Shown in pieces: positions 44,244-54,843 of a stretch of DNA of 64,000 nt (positions are counted from its first letter, which is position 1; each line of letters starts with the position of its first letter). Source of the stretch: Bacteroidota bacterium. GTDB lineage: Bacteria; Bacteroidota; Bacteroidia; Bacteroidales; JAGONC01. The DNA lies in the NCBI GenBank assembly GCA_022711405.1, contig JAKLFC010000002.1, positions 245,772 through 309,771 of the forward strand, written 5' to 3'. A program made the position numbers and the translations under genes. The notes below the pieces were generated by a model. That model worked only from the letters and a program-made list of their open reading frames with translations. It had not been told where the DNA came from and did no database searches.

Positions 44244-46847
44244 ATGAAAAAAATATTCCTTTTTATCTTCCTGGCCGTAGCATTCTTTGCTAAAGCCCAG
44301 CTGGCAGACGATTTTGCAGATGGTAATTTTACGGCTGATCCCTCCTGGAGCGGCGACTCTGAACGATTCCGGATCAATGCGGATCATCAGTTGCAGTTGT
44401 TTGACAGCGGATCGGGCACAGCTATGCTGGCGACTGCCAGCTACCTGTTTGACAGCACCGAATGGCAGTTCCATATCCGGCTGGGATTCAGCCCTTCCTC
44501 CAACAATTTCGCCAGAATCTACCTTGCTTCCGATCAGGCAGACCTGACCGGAATGCTCAACGGATTCTTCCTGCAGTTCGGAGAACAGGGAACCAGCGAT
44601 GCTCCTGAGCTTTTCCGCCAGGAAGGCCTGACCACTTACCCAATATGCCGCGGAACCGACGGAAGCATAGCGCAGGCCTTCGCCCTGAACATCAGGGTGA
44701 CCCATCTGAGCGACGGATCATGGAATATATTTTCAGCTCCCGGCGACTCCCATGCATTTCAATTCCTGGCATCAGGATCAGATGCCACCCTGATCAGCCC
44801 CGCTCATGCAGGTGTTCTCTGCACCTACACCAGCTCCAACAGTCAGAAATTCTATTTTGACGACTTCCTGATACAGCCCGTACTGAAGGATACCGTGCCT
44901 CCGGCAATTGAACAGTTGTACCCTGTTTCTTCCACCCGGCTGCACCTCAGGTTCACTGAAACTGTGAATGGTCAGGATGCCACGCATACCGGTCATTATT
45001 CGCTTGCATCCAGCGGGCAGATACCGGATTCAGCCACCCTTGATCCCAATGATCCCAACCGTGTGGTCCTCGGCTTTACAACTCCCTTTATCATCGGCTC
45101 TTTTGAAGACCTCCTTATTTCAGGCATTCACGACATGGCCGGAAACCTGCTCAGAGACACAGTTGTACCCTTTGTCTGGTATATTCCGCAAGTTTTTGAC
45201 ATCCTGATCAGTGAGATCATGGCTGACCCGGATCCTTCCTCCGGTTTGCCTCCGGTAGAATATATTGAGCTGTTTAATGCATGTGATTTTCCGGTACGGT
45301 TAAAGGACTGGCGCCTTACCATCTCAGGAAGTCCCAGAATATTTCCGGAAACAGGAATAGCAGCAAAAAGCTACCTGCTCGTTACAAAAGAGGCCGGTCT
45401 CAGCGAATTTGGCGCCTGCGCTTTGTTGCTGACCTCATCGTATTCGCTGAGCAACGAAGGAACGGCCATTGCCCTCTTCAACGCCGCCGGGCAGCTGATC
45501 CACTCGGTCACTTATGCCGCGGATTGGTACGACGAGGAATGGAAAAAGGATGGGGGATGGTCGCTGGAGCTCGTTGACCCGATGAATCCCTGTACGGAAG
45601 AGGGTAACTGGGAAGCCAGCACGGATCCGTCTGGAGGGACCCCCGGAAGAGTCAATTCCTGTCTCATGGAGAACAGGGATACGATCCCTCCCCGGCTGGC
45701 CGGTATTGGAATAGAAGCAAAGGATTGGATCCGGATCTGGTTTTCGGAAAAAATGGATAGCACCACCCTGCTGGATCCAGGATTGTACAATCTTGAACCC
45801 CACGAGGGCCACGCGACCATAGTATTACCGGCAGGCGACTTTTATCATTCGGTGCTCGTCCGGCTGCCTTTTCCCCTGGAGGAAGCTGCATCCTATCAAC
45901 TGTCGCTGACCGGAGGCGTCACTGATTGCGCAGGGAACGAAATGGATGCCGGCGCACGGCTGCCTGCAGGCCTTCCTGCCATTGCCGACAACATGGATAT
46001 AGTGATCAATGAAATTCTGCTGGATCCTTCAGATCCGGGAGCAGCGTTCATTGAGCTCTATAACAGGACCGACCGCTTCTTTGACATAAAGGACCTGGTC
46101 CTGGCACGGATGGATACGGTCCGTCTTGTGTTGACGTCCGTACAGGCCATCTCTGATGAAAGTTACCTGTTGGCTCCGGGACGTTACATGGTTCTCTCCC
46201 CGGATCCATTTGCTGTCATCCGGCACTATCACTGCCCTGATCCTGATGCTTTTGTCAAAATGAGCGGATGGCCTGTGTTCAGCAGGGAGGCGTCTGTCAT
46301 CGTACTTGCCTGCAGGCATGATGAGAAGGTGATCGATCAGGTATATTACCGCGAATCCCTTCACTTCGACCTGGTCAGCAATCCGGAAGGAGTCTCACTG
46401 GAACGCATTCATTTTAGCAGGCCATCCGGGGATGATACCAACTGGCACTCTGCCTCACAGTCGTCCGGTTATGCCACGCCGGGGTACCAGAACTCACAGT
46501 TCACAGGCGATATCGTCCAGCCGGATGACTGGCTGACCGTGGAACCGGAGCTCTTCACTCCCGACAATGATGGCATGGATGATCTGCTGGCTGTCTGCTG
46601 TTCTGAGCATGAACCGGGATGGGTTGCCAGCATCCAGGTGTTTGACGCAGCAGGGAGACTGGTCAACTACCTGGTTGATAATGCATTAATGGGTATGAAT
46701 AATATCTTCACATGGGATGGAAAGGACCAGGATGGGAATTTTCTGCCAACCGGCATTTATATCATTTTCGCTCAGATCTTTGACCTGTACGGGAATGCAA
46801 AAACAGGCAAACGTGCCTGCGTCCTTGTCCGTCAGGATCTTCGCTGA
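44244..46847 (+). CDS. Double lamin-tail-domain protein with T9SS type B-like C-terminal domain
   Basis: Signal peptide MKKIFLFIFLAVAFFAKAQ. LTD1 ILISEIMADPD...EYIELFN (about 45195-45659). LTD2 IVINEILLDPSDPGAAFIELYN (about 45996-46493). C-terminus FTPDNDGMDD...IQVFDAAGRLV...WDGKDQDGNFLPTGIYII resembles the gliding-motility-associated (type B) CTD. Confidence 0.75.
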   Translation: MKKIFLFIFLAVAFFAKAQLADDFADGNFTADPSWSGDSERFRINADHQLQLFDSGSGTAMLATASYLFDSTEWQFHIRLGFSPSSNNFARIYLASDQADLTGMLNGFFLQFGEQGTSDAPELFRQEGLTTYPICRGTDGSIAQAFALNIRVTHLSDGSWNIFSAPGDSHAFQFLASGSDATLISPAHAGVLCTYTSSNSQKFYFDDFLIQPVLKDTVPPAIEQLYPVSSTRLHLRFTETVNGQDATHTGHYSLASSGQIPDSATLDPNDPNRVVLGFTTPFIIGSFEDLLISGIHDMAGNLLRDTVVPFVWYIPQVFDILISEIMADPDPSSGLPPVEYIELFNACDFPVRLKDWRLTISGSPRIFPETGIAAKSYLLVTKEAGLSEFGACALLLTSSYSLSNEGTAIALFNAAGQLIHSVTYAADWYDEEWKKDGGWSLELVDPMNPCTEEGNWEASTDPSGGTPGRVNSCLMENRDTIPPRLAGIGIEAKDWIRIWFSEKMDSTTLLDPGLYNLEPHEGHATIVLPAGDFYHSVLVRLPFPLEEAASYQLSLTGGVTDCAGNEMDAGARLPAGLPAIADNMDIVINEILLDPSDPGAAFIELYNRTDRFFDIKDLVLARMDTVRLVLTSVQAISDESYLLAPGRYMVLSPDPFAVIRHYHCPDPDAFVKMSGWPVFSREASVIVLACRHDEKVIDQVYYRESLHFDLVSNPEGVSLERIHFSRPSGDDTNWHSASQSSGYATPGYQNSQFTGDIVQPDDWLTVEPELFTPDNDGMDDLLAVCCSEHEPGWVASIQVFDAAGRLVNYLVDNALMGMNNIFTWDGKDQDGNFLPTGIYIIFAQIFDLYGNAKTGKRACVLVRQDLR

Positions 46848-46853
46848 GTCGCA

Positions 46854-47597
46854 TTACCCTCCGGAAGCAGGCGTGTCGGAGCTGGTTTTGGTGATCCGGC
46901 ATCCGATGGTTCCCGAAAGGTATATGTTACGGACGACGCCATCCATCTCGGTGTATCCTTCCTCAAAGATGGACCTCAACCCAAAACTCAGCCCAAGATC
47001 GAAATTCAGTCTTGAATAAGATTCATAGCTGGCGCCCAGGATGATGCTGTAATCCCACTTATTGATCTTGTCGCTGATGTCGAAAGGTTCATCCGTAACC
47101 GTCGAGTAGTTTTCCCCGATCTGAATGTCGGCCGTCCCCTTGTTTTTTCCCCTGATGAGATACGAGATCTGGGGCCCCAGGAGCATGCCAAAACGTGGGC
47201 TGAGCTGGTACCTGGCCTGAAGCGGAAAATCAATGTAGATATTTCCAAACTCGCCTTCCACCCATCCTTTGTACCAGGTAGGGATATAGAATGTATCACC
47301 CAGAAGAATCTGTTCATAAAGGGTATCTCCTGACACAGGTGTCTTGTAATTCCCCCCCTTTGCCGAATACAGGGCTTCTACCTGGAAATAAAGTTTTTCA
47401 TTGAATTTCAGCCGCATGAACGCTCCCAGCCGCGGGCCCAGGCCCAGGGAACCCGACGATCCCTCCTCGGGTTTCATGTAGGGAGTACCAAGATTCACTC
47501 CCCCTTTGATCCCCCAGGAGCGGTTCTGGGCGCCGATGTCCGCGGTAGCCCATAAAAGAATGGCAAGGGTAATGAGGGTCGTCCTGAAAAGAGTCAT
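46854..47597 (-). CDS. Outer-membrane beta-barrel (porin-family) protein
   Basis: Signal peptide, then alternating-hydrophobicity strands (WGIKGGVNLG, FQVEALYSAKGG, LSFGLRSIF). Aromatic-rich and 247 aa. Confidence 0.55.
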   Translation of the reverse strand: MTLFRTTLITLAILLWATADIGAQNRSWGIKGGVNLGTPYMKPEEGSSGSLGLGPRLGAFMRLKFNEKLYFQVEALYSAKGGNYKTPVSGDTLYEQILLGDTFYIPTWYKGWVEGEFGNIYIDFPLQARYQLSPRFGMLLGPQISYLIRGKNKGTADIQIGENYSTVTDEPFDISDKINKWDYSIILGASYESYSRLNFDLGLSFGLRSIFEEGYTEMDGVVRNIYLSGTIGCRITKTSSDTPASGG

Positions 47598-47615
47598 AAG
47601 CAGACTGTTAACGAT

Positions 47616-48551
47616 TTATCTTTCAGCAACAATAAAAGAGCCGCCCGACAGTATCGTCCGGTTGTCGATGACCTGATACTGGTAGTAACCGGGAGAAAGA
47701 CCGGTAATATCAATGTCAGCTTTGATCCCGGAGAATCCTTTCCTGGAACATTCATTTCCATCAATGGAATAGATCACCACCGTACCCTGCCTGATTTCAT
47801 CACTGATTTCAATAGTAACCTTACCGGTGGCAGGGTTTGGATAAGCTTTCGAAACAACCTCCGACATCAGTTTCCACTCGATGCCGTTCTCAAATTCCAG
47901 GGAAATATCATCAATATACAACGTGCTTCCCACCTGCCCTTCAAAGAGATCGCCTGCCGCGCTGGGGGAAAAAATGATCGAGATGGTGTCCGGTTCCTCT
48001 TCTGAGAAATATTTGTACGGAAGATCAAACTGAGTCCATTCCGTAACCCTGATCGTATCGGTCATCCACGCATACGCAATAGTGTCCCGGCGATGGGTGG
48101 ACGGATTCCATTTGTACAGGAGCGAATAAACATCGCAGGAATCATGGTTCACCGAGAAATATTTGAAGTAACCCTTGAAACGGTAAGGGTGTCCGTTAAA
48201 AGGAATGCCATCCTTTAAATTGGTTGGCGGAAGCGCCAGCTCATCAAAGTAGCCCGTGGCCAGGGCCCCCGTCTGTAAAATATCATTTCCGGGCAGCTCA
48301 GCCAAATCCGTTATGATCTTCGCTGAATAATTTCCCTCATAGGCATCCTCCGACTTGAAGGTAGTGACCTTGAAAATGTCCGGATTCAACAGTACAGCCC
48401 TGTTGGCTGTAGTCCATATCCCCCCCCCCGGCTCTTCATACCTTGGGTACGTTACCCATTCTTCCATGTTCATATTGGGAAGAACCGTCTGAGCGGAGAG
48501 TTGAATAAAATTTATGAAAATGACTGATAGTGAGAGTATTAACTTCCTCAT
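47616..48551 (-). CDS. T9SS type A sorting domain protein with PCMD-like N-terminal domain
   Basis: Signal peptide, NMEEW...IWTTANRA...YEGNYSAKIIT (PCMD-like, from memory). C-terminal AYPNPATGKVTIEI...VVIYSIDG...GLSPGYYQYQV. Confidence 0.55.
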   Translation of the reverse strand: MRKLILSLSVIFINFIQLSAQTVLPNMNMEEWVTYPRYEEPGGGIWTTANRAVLLNPDIFKVTTFKSEDAYEGNYSAKIITDLAELPGNDILQTGALATGYFDELALPPTNLKDGIPFNGHPYRFKGYFKYFSVNHDSCDVYSLLYKWNPSTHRRDTIAYAWMTDTIRVTEWTQFDLPYKYFSEEEPDTISIIFSPSAAGDLFEGQVGSTLYIDDISLEFENGIEWKLMSEVVSKAYPNPATGKVTIEISDEIRQGTVVIYSIDGNECSRKGFSGIKADIDITGLSPGYYQYQVIDNRTILSGGSFIVAER

Positions 48552-48681
48552 AGGCTCTGTTTTGGGTTAAAACAGCTGCCTAAATTAAACAATTTTTCAA
48601 TTAGTCAACTAATTTTTTAACGAAGGCAGGCTTGAGGATGGAGAACTTCGCCAGTCAGGGAAATCAGTGCCCGGCCTTCTT

Positions 48682-49371
48682 CTAATGCGATGCAAAAGCA
48701 ATGCACGCCACACTTAACGTAAGGCCCGGAATGCTCAGCAGGGCACTGGCACAGGCTTCCATGGTAGATCCGGTCGTCAGGACATCATCTACCAGGAGCA
48801 CATGTTTGCCCGCCAGGTCCGTTCCGGGGGTGATGTCAAAGATATCTTTGACGTTTTCCCAGCGTTTGTAGCGGGATTTTCTGGTCTGTGTTTCAGAATA
48901 ATGAACCCTGACAAGGGTCCGGGTATCCAGGACTGCCCCCAGGGAACGGCATATCCCCGTGGCGATCACCTCGCTTTGATTGTACCCTCTTCTTCTCAGT
49001 TTCCTGGGATGCAATGGAACTGGCACCACCGCCTCAACCGTATTGAAAAGTATGCTTTCCATGAGCTCATTCCCAAGGAGAGCGCCCAGGTAAATACCTA
49101 TCTCCCTGTTTCCCTTATACTTGAGCTGATGGAGCAGGTGCTGTACACGGCTGCCTTTTTTGAACAGATATAAAGCAGTGGCTGAATAAATATCCAGTTT
49201 TCCCCAGAATACCTGGCTCACCGGATTATCCTTTTCCCTGCTGTAATAGGTCCGTGGCAGGTGCAGCAGGCATGAGGTGCAGATCAGGTCTTCATTCATC
49301 ACCAGCGGACTGCCGCACCCCGCACACACTTCCGGAAAAAACAGTCCCGCCAAATCCCTCCATAAACTCAT
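48682..49371 (-). CDS. comF: ComF family protein (phosphoribosyltransferase domain)
   Basis: N-terminal Cys pairs CAGCG...CTSC and PRTase motif LLVDDVLTTGST. Start at the internal ATG at 49371. Confidence 0.8.
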   Translation of the reverse strand: MSLWRDLAGLFFPEVCAGCGSPLVMNEDLICTSCLLHLPRTYYSREKDNPVSQVFWGKLDIYSATALYLFKKGSRVQHLLHQLKYKGNREIGIYLGALLGNELMESILFNTVEAVVPVPLHPRKLRRRGYNQSEVIATGICRSLGAVLDTRTLVRVHYSETQTRKSRYKRWENVKDIFDITPGTDLAGKHVLLVDDVLTTGSTMEACASALLSIPGLTLSVACIAFASH

Positions 49372-49466
49372 AGGTAAAAAGTAAAAATCAAATATCAACT
49401 ATCATTCAATCGTTCATCTGATATCTTAATCCCCCTGGCCATCCAATTGTTACCCCTCTCAGACCT

Positions 49467-49474
49467 ATTAATTG
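49467..49474 (+). promoter_or_regulatory. Bacteroidota -7 box TAnnTTTG (tacctttg)
   Basis: Upstream of the ABC ATPase ATG at 49499. Confidence 0.4.
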
Positions 49475-49498
49475 CATACCTTTGATGAAAATTATTCA

Positions 49499-51256
49499 AT
49501 GCCGCTTCTTGACATTCAGGAGTTGACGGTGGAATTCCAAACCGACGATGATAAGGTCACTGCAGTGGACCATATCTCTTTTACGGTTGGGGAGGGCCAG
49601 ATCGTAGGAATTGTCGGCGAGTCAGGCTCCGGAAAGTCAGTGACTGCATTGTCGGTCATGCGTTTGATCCCTGAGCCACCCGGCAGGATCACCAGTGGCC
49701 GGATCCTGTACAGCCATGGCGGCAGTCAGCCGGTGGATCTGCTTTCCCTCAACGATAAGGAAATGCAGGCATATCGTGGCAACCGGATTTCGATGATCTT
49801 CCAGGAGCCGATGACCTCACTGAATCCCGTTTATACCTGCGGCAGGCAGGTGACAGAAGCGATCCGGCGCCACCAGAAGATCGACCGTCATACAGCCAGG
49901 CGAAATGCCCTGGATCTTTTTTCAGAAGTGCAACTGGCTCACCCCGGGACCATTTATCGTTCCTATCCCTTTCAGCTCTCCGGTGGAGAAAAACAACGGG
50001 TGATGATCGCAATGGCCATATCGTCCCATCCGGCACTGCTGATCGCCGATGAGCCCACCTCCGCTCTCGACGTGACGGTACAAAGAACCATCATCGCACT
50101 GCTGAAGGAGCTGCGGCAAAAATACGGTCTTGCTGTGCTTTTCATCACCCACGATCTGGCCGTGGTCAGAGAGGTAGCCGATGAGATCGTGGTAATGAAA
50201 AATGGTAAGATCGTGGAAGCCCGCCCCGCAGAATCTCTCTTTAACCATCCGTCACACGCATACACCAAAGGATTGCTCGCGTGCAGACCTCCTCTCAGTG
50301 TAAGGCTTAAAAAACTCCCCGTAGTGGCTGACTTTGTTTCAGGCACCGACAACAAGATCAGGGAACATGATCCGGTCATCATAAACACCGTGTCCCCCGA
50401 AGAAAGAGCCCGGCGCCTTGAGAAGATCTACCACCGCGATCCGCTCCTGCAGGTCATCCACCTGAAGACCTTTTTTCCCCTTCCAAAAAAGCTCCTTCAC
50501 CGCACAAGGTATTATACCAGGGCTGTGGATGATGTGCTCTTTGAGGTTTATCCGGAGGAAACACTGGGACTGGTTGGAGAATCCGGCTGCGGAAAAACAA
50601 CGCTGGGACGTTCCCTGCTCAGGCTGATTGAACCAACATCGGGACAGGTCATCTACAAAGGCCATCACCTGCTCGACCTTCCAGCTTCGGAGATCCGTAC
50701 CTTCCGAAAAAATCTTCAGATCATTTTTCAGGATCCCTATTCATCCCTGAATCCCCGGATGACTGCCGGGATGGCCATCATGGAGCCTATGAAAGTGCAT
50801 GGACTTTATTCCACTGAAAAAGCCAGGAGACAAAAAGCAATGGATCTTCTCCAAAAGGTAAACCTGGAAGAACGACACTTCTACCGCTATCCTCATGAAT
50901 TCTCAGGTGGACAGCGGCAGCGCATCTGCATCGCCCGCGCCCTGGCCGTGGAACCGGAATTCATCATCTGCGACGAATCGGTGTCCGCACTCGATGTATC
51001 GATCCAGGCCCAGGTGCTCAACTTGCTCAACTCCCTGAAAAATGAGTACCACCTGACCTATATCTTCATCTCCCACGACCTGTCGGTGGTTAAATTCATG
51101 TCCGACCGGATCATGGTCATGAAAGACGGAAAAATCATTGAAATAGGCGAAGCGGATGAACTTTATGCACATCCCACGGATCCTTATACCCGAAAACTGA
51201 TACAGGCCATCCCCGCTCTAGCGGTCAGCAGTCAGCAGTCAACAGTCAGCAATTGA
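49499..51256 (+). CDS. ABC transporter ATP-binding protein with duplicated ATPase domains (oligopeptide/dipeptide-type)
   Basis: Two Walker A motifs ([16 protein letters not shown]), two signature motifs ([16 protein letters not shown]) and two Walker B motifs ([24 protein letters not shown]). The last 11 codons are encoded by a heptamer repeat. Confidence 0.85.
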   Translation: MPLLDIQELTVEFQTDDDKVTAVDHISFTVGEGQIVGIVGESGSGKSVTALSVMRLIPEPPGRITSGRILYSHGGSQPVDLLSLNDKEMQAYRGNRISMIFQEPMTSLNPVYTCGRQVTEAIRRHQKIDRHTARRNALDLFSEVQLAHPGTIYRSYPFQLSGGEKQRVMIAMAISSHPALLIADEPTSALDVTVQRTIIALLKELRQKYGLAVLFITHDLAVVREVADEIVVMKNGKIVEARPAESLFNHPSHAYTKGLLACRPPLSVRLKKLPVVADFVSGTDNKIREHDPVIINTVSPEERARRLEKIYHRDPLLQVIHLKTFFPLPKKLLHRTRYYTRAVDDVLFEVYPEETLGLVGESGCGKTTLGRSLLRLIEPTSGQVIYKGHHLLDLPASEIRTFRKNLQIIFQDPYSSLNPRMTAGMAIMEPMKVHGLYSTEKARRQKAMDLLQKVNLEERHFYRYPHEFSGGQRQRICIARALAVEPEFIICDESVSALDVSIQAQVLNLLNSLKNEYHLTYIFISHDLSVVKFMSDRIMVMKDGKIIEIGEADELYAHPTDPYTRKLIQAIPALAVSSQQSTVSN

Positions 51257-51285
51257 CAATTTAACAATTTGACAATTTAACCATT
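51224..51285. repeat. Heptamer/octamer tandem array (gtcagca x4 with one variant, then attgaca / atttaaca / atttgaca / atttaacc)
   Basis: Read directly from the sequence. The first part encodes the ABC ATPase tail [11 protein letters not shown] and its stop. The array ends 13 nt before the rnr ATG. Confidence 0.85.
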
Positions 51286-51297
51286 AATAACCCATCT

Positions 51298-53457
51298 ATG
51301 TCCAAATCACGTAAAAAGCCCCCAATAAAGGCAAATCCCTTTATCAAAGCGGTTTTAGCTATTTTCACCAACAATCCGCATAAAGGCTACAACTTCCGCC
51401 AGGTTGCAGCACAACTGGGCATCCAGGACAAAGCCTCAAGGGAACTGGTAAGCAACATCCTCTATGACCTGGAAAACCGCAGGGAAATCATACGCATCAA
51501 GCGTGGAAAATATCAGCTTCACCCCTCCAGGGTAGCGGCTGCAACCGTTAGTACAGTGGTCACAGGAACCGTGGACATGAAAAACACCGGAAAAGCCTAT
51601 GTGATCACTGAAGAGCTCGGTGAGGATGTCTACATTGCTCCCAATAACACCGGCCACGCCCTGAACGGCGATAAGGTGAAGGTAAGGCTGTTCCCAAAAC
51701 GGCAGGGAAGAAAGATCGAAGGACAGATCACCGAAATTCTCGAACGTGCCAAGACGCAGTTTGTCGGAGTGATCCATGCAACGCAGAAATATGCCTTCCT
51801 GATCCCCGACAATCCCAATATGCCGGTCGACATCTTCATTCCCCTTGAAAAGCTCCACGGCGCAGCTCACGGCATGAAGGCCGTGGCCCGCATCACCGAC
51901 TGGCCACACGAATCGAATACTCCCTTCGGGGAGATCACCGATGTGCTGGGTAAACCCGGCGAACACGAAGTGGAAATGAATTCGATCCTGGTGGAATTCG
52001 ACTTCCCCCTGAAATTCCCCGATAGCGTCGAAAAAGAGGCGGAGCGACTGCCCGTTCAGATCACCGAACACGAGATCAGTCTGCGGAGAGACTTCAGAAA
52101 TACGTTGACCATCACCATTGACCCCGAAGACGCCAAGGATTTCGACGACGCTCTGTCGCTCAGAAAACTGGAAAACGGCAACTGGGAGGTGGGAGTGCAC
52201 ATTGCCGATGTCTCATGGTATGTCAGGCCAGGAACCGGCATCGACAAAGAAGCGTTCGACCGGGGTACATCCGTTTACCTGGTCGACCGCGTGATCCCCA
52301 TGCTCCCCGAGAAACTGTCCAATAACGTTTGTTCCCTGAAACCCAACGAGGATAAACTCTGCTTTTCGGCCGTCTTTGAACTGGACGAAAACGCCCGCGT
52401 TATAAATGATTGGTTTGGAAAGACCATCATCAACTCCGACCGAAGATTCAACTACGACGAGGTTCAGCAAATGATCGAAGGAGCTGACGGGGACTTCAGG
52501 GCTGAGATCATGACCCTCCACGGGCTCGCTTCCAGACTCCGGCAGGAGCGCTTTGGAAAAGGATCCATCGATTTCCGCAGCGAAGAGGTCAAATTCCGGC
52601 TCGACGAGAAGGGCAAACCCATCGATACCTATATCAAAACAAATAAGGAATCCAACTGGCTCATCGAGGACTTCATGCTGCTGGCCAACCGGCGCGTGGC
52701 GGAAAAGATCGGTCTGGTGAAAGGTAAAACCAAACCGCGGACCTTTGTCTACCGAATCCACGATAAGCCCAGTACGGAAAAACTGCAGAACTTCATCGAG
52801 TTCCTGGGTAAACTGGGCTATTCGATCCGCACGAACTCCCGCAAGACCCTTGCCCAGTCATTCAACCAGCTTTTTAAAGATATTGAAGGCAAGGGCGAGG
52901 AGAACATGATCGAGACCATTGCCATCCGAACCATGGCAAAAGCTAAATATTCAACAAAGAACATTGGTCACTACGGACTCGGCTTCGATCACTATTCGCA
53001 TTTCACCTCTCCGATCCGGCGCTACCCTGACCTGATGGCCCACCGCCTGCTGTTCGATTACATGAACGGAGCACCCGGCGTGGATGAGGAGACCTGGGAG
53101 GAGAAATGTGTGCATTCGTCTGTCATGGAACGTAAGGCCGAAGAAGCCGAACGCGCCTCGGTCAAATACAAACAGGCTGAATACCTGGCGGATAAGATTG
53201 GCCAGGAATTCAATGGACTGATTTCCGGGGTGAGCAAATGGGGCATCTTCGTCGAACTGGAAGGTAATAAATGTGAGGGGATGGTGTCGCTGAGGAATAT
53301 GCAGGATGATTTCTATTACCTGGATGAAGAAAATTACCGCGTGATCGGAAGCCGTTACGGCAAAGAGTACCAGCTGGGCAATCCGGTCAGGATCAGGGTC
53401 AAAAGCATTGACCTGTCGAAGAAACAGATGGATTTCGAGATGGTTGAAACCCTGTGA
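51298..53457 (+). CDS. rnr: Ribonuclease R
   Basis: RNB-domain motifs IDPEDAKDFDDAL and HYGLGFDHYSHFTSPIRRYPD. C-terminal S1 domain GLISGVSKWGIFVELEG. Confidence 0.93.
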   Translation: MSKSRKKPPIKANPFIKAVLAIFTNNPHKGYNFRQVAAQLGIQDKASRELVSNILYDLENRREIIRIKRGKYQLHPSRVAAATVSTVVTGTVDMKNTGKAYVITEELGEDVYIAPNNTGHALNGDKVKVRLFPKRQGRKIEGQITEILERAKTQFVGVIHATQKYAFLIPDNPNMPVDIFIPLEKLHGAAHGMKAVARITDWPHESNTPFGEITDVLGKPGEHEVEMNSILVEFDFPLKFPDSVEKEAERLPVQITEHEISLRRDFRNTLTITIDPEDAKDFDDALSLRKLENGNWEVGVHIADVSWYVRPGTGIDKEAFDRGTSVYLVDRVIPMLPEKLSNNVCSLKPNEDKLCFSAVFELDENARVINDWFGKTIINSDRRFNYDEVQQMIEGADGDFRAEIMTLHGLASRLRQERFGKGSIDFRSEEVKFRLDEKGKPIDTYIKTNKESNWLIEDFMLLANRRVAEKIGLVKGKTKPRTFVYRIHDKPSTEKLQNFIEFLGKLGYSIRTNSRKTLAQSFNQLFKDIEGKGEENMIETIAIRTMAKAKYSTKNIGHYGLGFDHYSHFTSPIRRYPDLMAHRLLFDYMNGAPGVDEETWEEKCVHSSVMERKAEEAERASVKYKQAEYLADKIGQEFNGLISGVSKWGIFVELEGNKCEGMVSLRNMQDDFYYLDEENYRVIGSRYGKEYQLGNPVRIRVKSIDLSKKQMDFEMVETL

Positions 53458-53479
53458 ACGTATTAACGTTTAACACGTT

Positions 53480-54817
53480 GTGAAGAAACTCCGGGAATAC
53501 TATCTCCAGGCCCGAACCTATCTCGAAAAGGATATCTGGCGAATCCACCTTTCCCAGCTACCCTACTACAGATCGCTGTACATTCGGCTGCTACGCATCG
53601 TCATGATCGTTCTGAGGGGGGTGAACAAAGGCAAGCTCACACTGCGCTCTTCCTCCCTCACATTCTATTCCGTACTGGCCATCGTCCCGTTCATGGCGAT
53701 CATCTTCGGCATTGCCAAAGGATTCGGGGCCGAAGTTTATATCCGGGATTTTATCCTCAACAGCCTGGCCATACAGGAAAAATTCATGACCCGGATCATC
53801 GATTTTGCCAACAACCTGCTGGAAAAGACACGGGGAGACCTCATCGCCGGCATTGCCTTCATCCTCCTGATATGGACCATCATCACCGTACTGAACACGG
53901 TGGAACGTACGTTCAACAACATCTGGCAGATCTATAAAAAACGCTCCTTCATCCGCAAATTCACCGATTACCTGGCCCTGATCCTGGTGGCGCCTGCCCT
54001 GATCATTGTCTCGAGCAGCATCACGGTCTACATCTCCACACAACTGGATACACTGGCCGAAAAGATCAAAGTGTTCGAATACATCACCCCCATGGTGGTC
54101 TTACTGGTGAGATTCGTACCATACCTTCTGATCTGGATCCTGCTGACCTTTGTGTACATGATCTTTCCCAATACCAGGGTCAAGTTCAAATCGGCCCTCC
54201 TGGCAGGTATCGTCGCAGGTACGGTCTACCAGATCGTGCAATGGTACTATATCCGCTTCCAGGTGGGCATTACGAATTATAATGCCATCTATGGCAGTTT
54301 TGCGGCGATCCCGCTTTTCCTGATCTGGATCAACCTCAGCTGGCAGATCATTCTCTTCGGTGCCGAGATCTCGTTTGCCGACCAGAATGTCGACACCTAT
54401 GATTTTGAGGATAACTCCATGCGGCTGAGCCATGCACACAAGCGCCTGCTGGCCATCATGATCATGCACCGGATCATCCAGCAGTTTGAAGAGGGCAAGC
54501 GGCCCCTGAGCTCCTCCGAAATTGCGATCAGCCTTGGCATTCCTGCCCGTCTGACCAACCAGCTGATCAATATGCTGGTCGATTGCGAGCTGGTGAGCGA
54601 AACCTACGACAAGGAACACAACGAAAGCGGATTCCAGCCTGCGCGCACGATTAATACGATCACCATCCAAAGCATGATCGAAACCATCGATTACCTGGGA
54701 ATGGAAGATATCAATGTGAGTGATGTCACTCTGCTGGAAGCTGTAGAAGAAAAGATCGCCGCATTTCGCGCGACCATCGAAAAATCGCCAGCCAATGTTC
54801 TGGTGAAAAATCTTTAA
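53480..54817 (+). CDS. YihY/BrkB family membrane protein with C-terminal cytoplasmic extension
   Basis: Six hydrophobic helices, YGSFAAIPLFLIWINLSWQIILFGAE motif, ~130-aa soluble tail. GTG start at 53480. Confidence 0.75.
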   Translation: MKKLREYYLQARTYLEKDIWRIHLSQLPYYRSLYIRLLRIVMIVLRGVNKGKLTLRSSSLTFYSVLAIVPFMAIIFGIAKGFGAEVYIRDFILNSLAIQEKFMTRIIDFANNLLEKTRGDLIAGIAFILLIWTIITVLNTVERTFNNIWQIYKKRSFIRKFTDYLALILVAPALIIVSSSITVYISTQLDTLAEKIKVFEYITPMVVLLVRFVPYLLIWILLTFVYMIFPNTRVKFKSALLAGIVAGTVYQIVQWYYIRFQVGITNYNAIYGSFAAIPLFLIWINLSWQIILFGAEISFADQNVDTYDFEDNSMRLSHAHKRLLAIMIMHRIIQQFEEGKRPLSSSEIAISLGIPARLTNQLINMLVDCELVSETYDKEHNESGFQPARTINTITIQSMIETIDYLGMEDINVSDVTLLEAVEEKIAAFRATIEKSPANVLVKNL

Positions 54818-54843
54818 TCGAATGTTGGATATTCAAATCAGCG

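Noticed and set aside
46854-47597. Calling the beta-barrel gene next to the type B-like T9SS cargo a PorP/SprF family protein.
   Set aside because: It is convergent rather than downstream in the same orientation, and I do not see the N-terminal motifs I associate with PorP/SprF. It looks like a generic small porin-family barrel.
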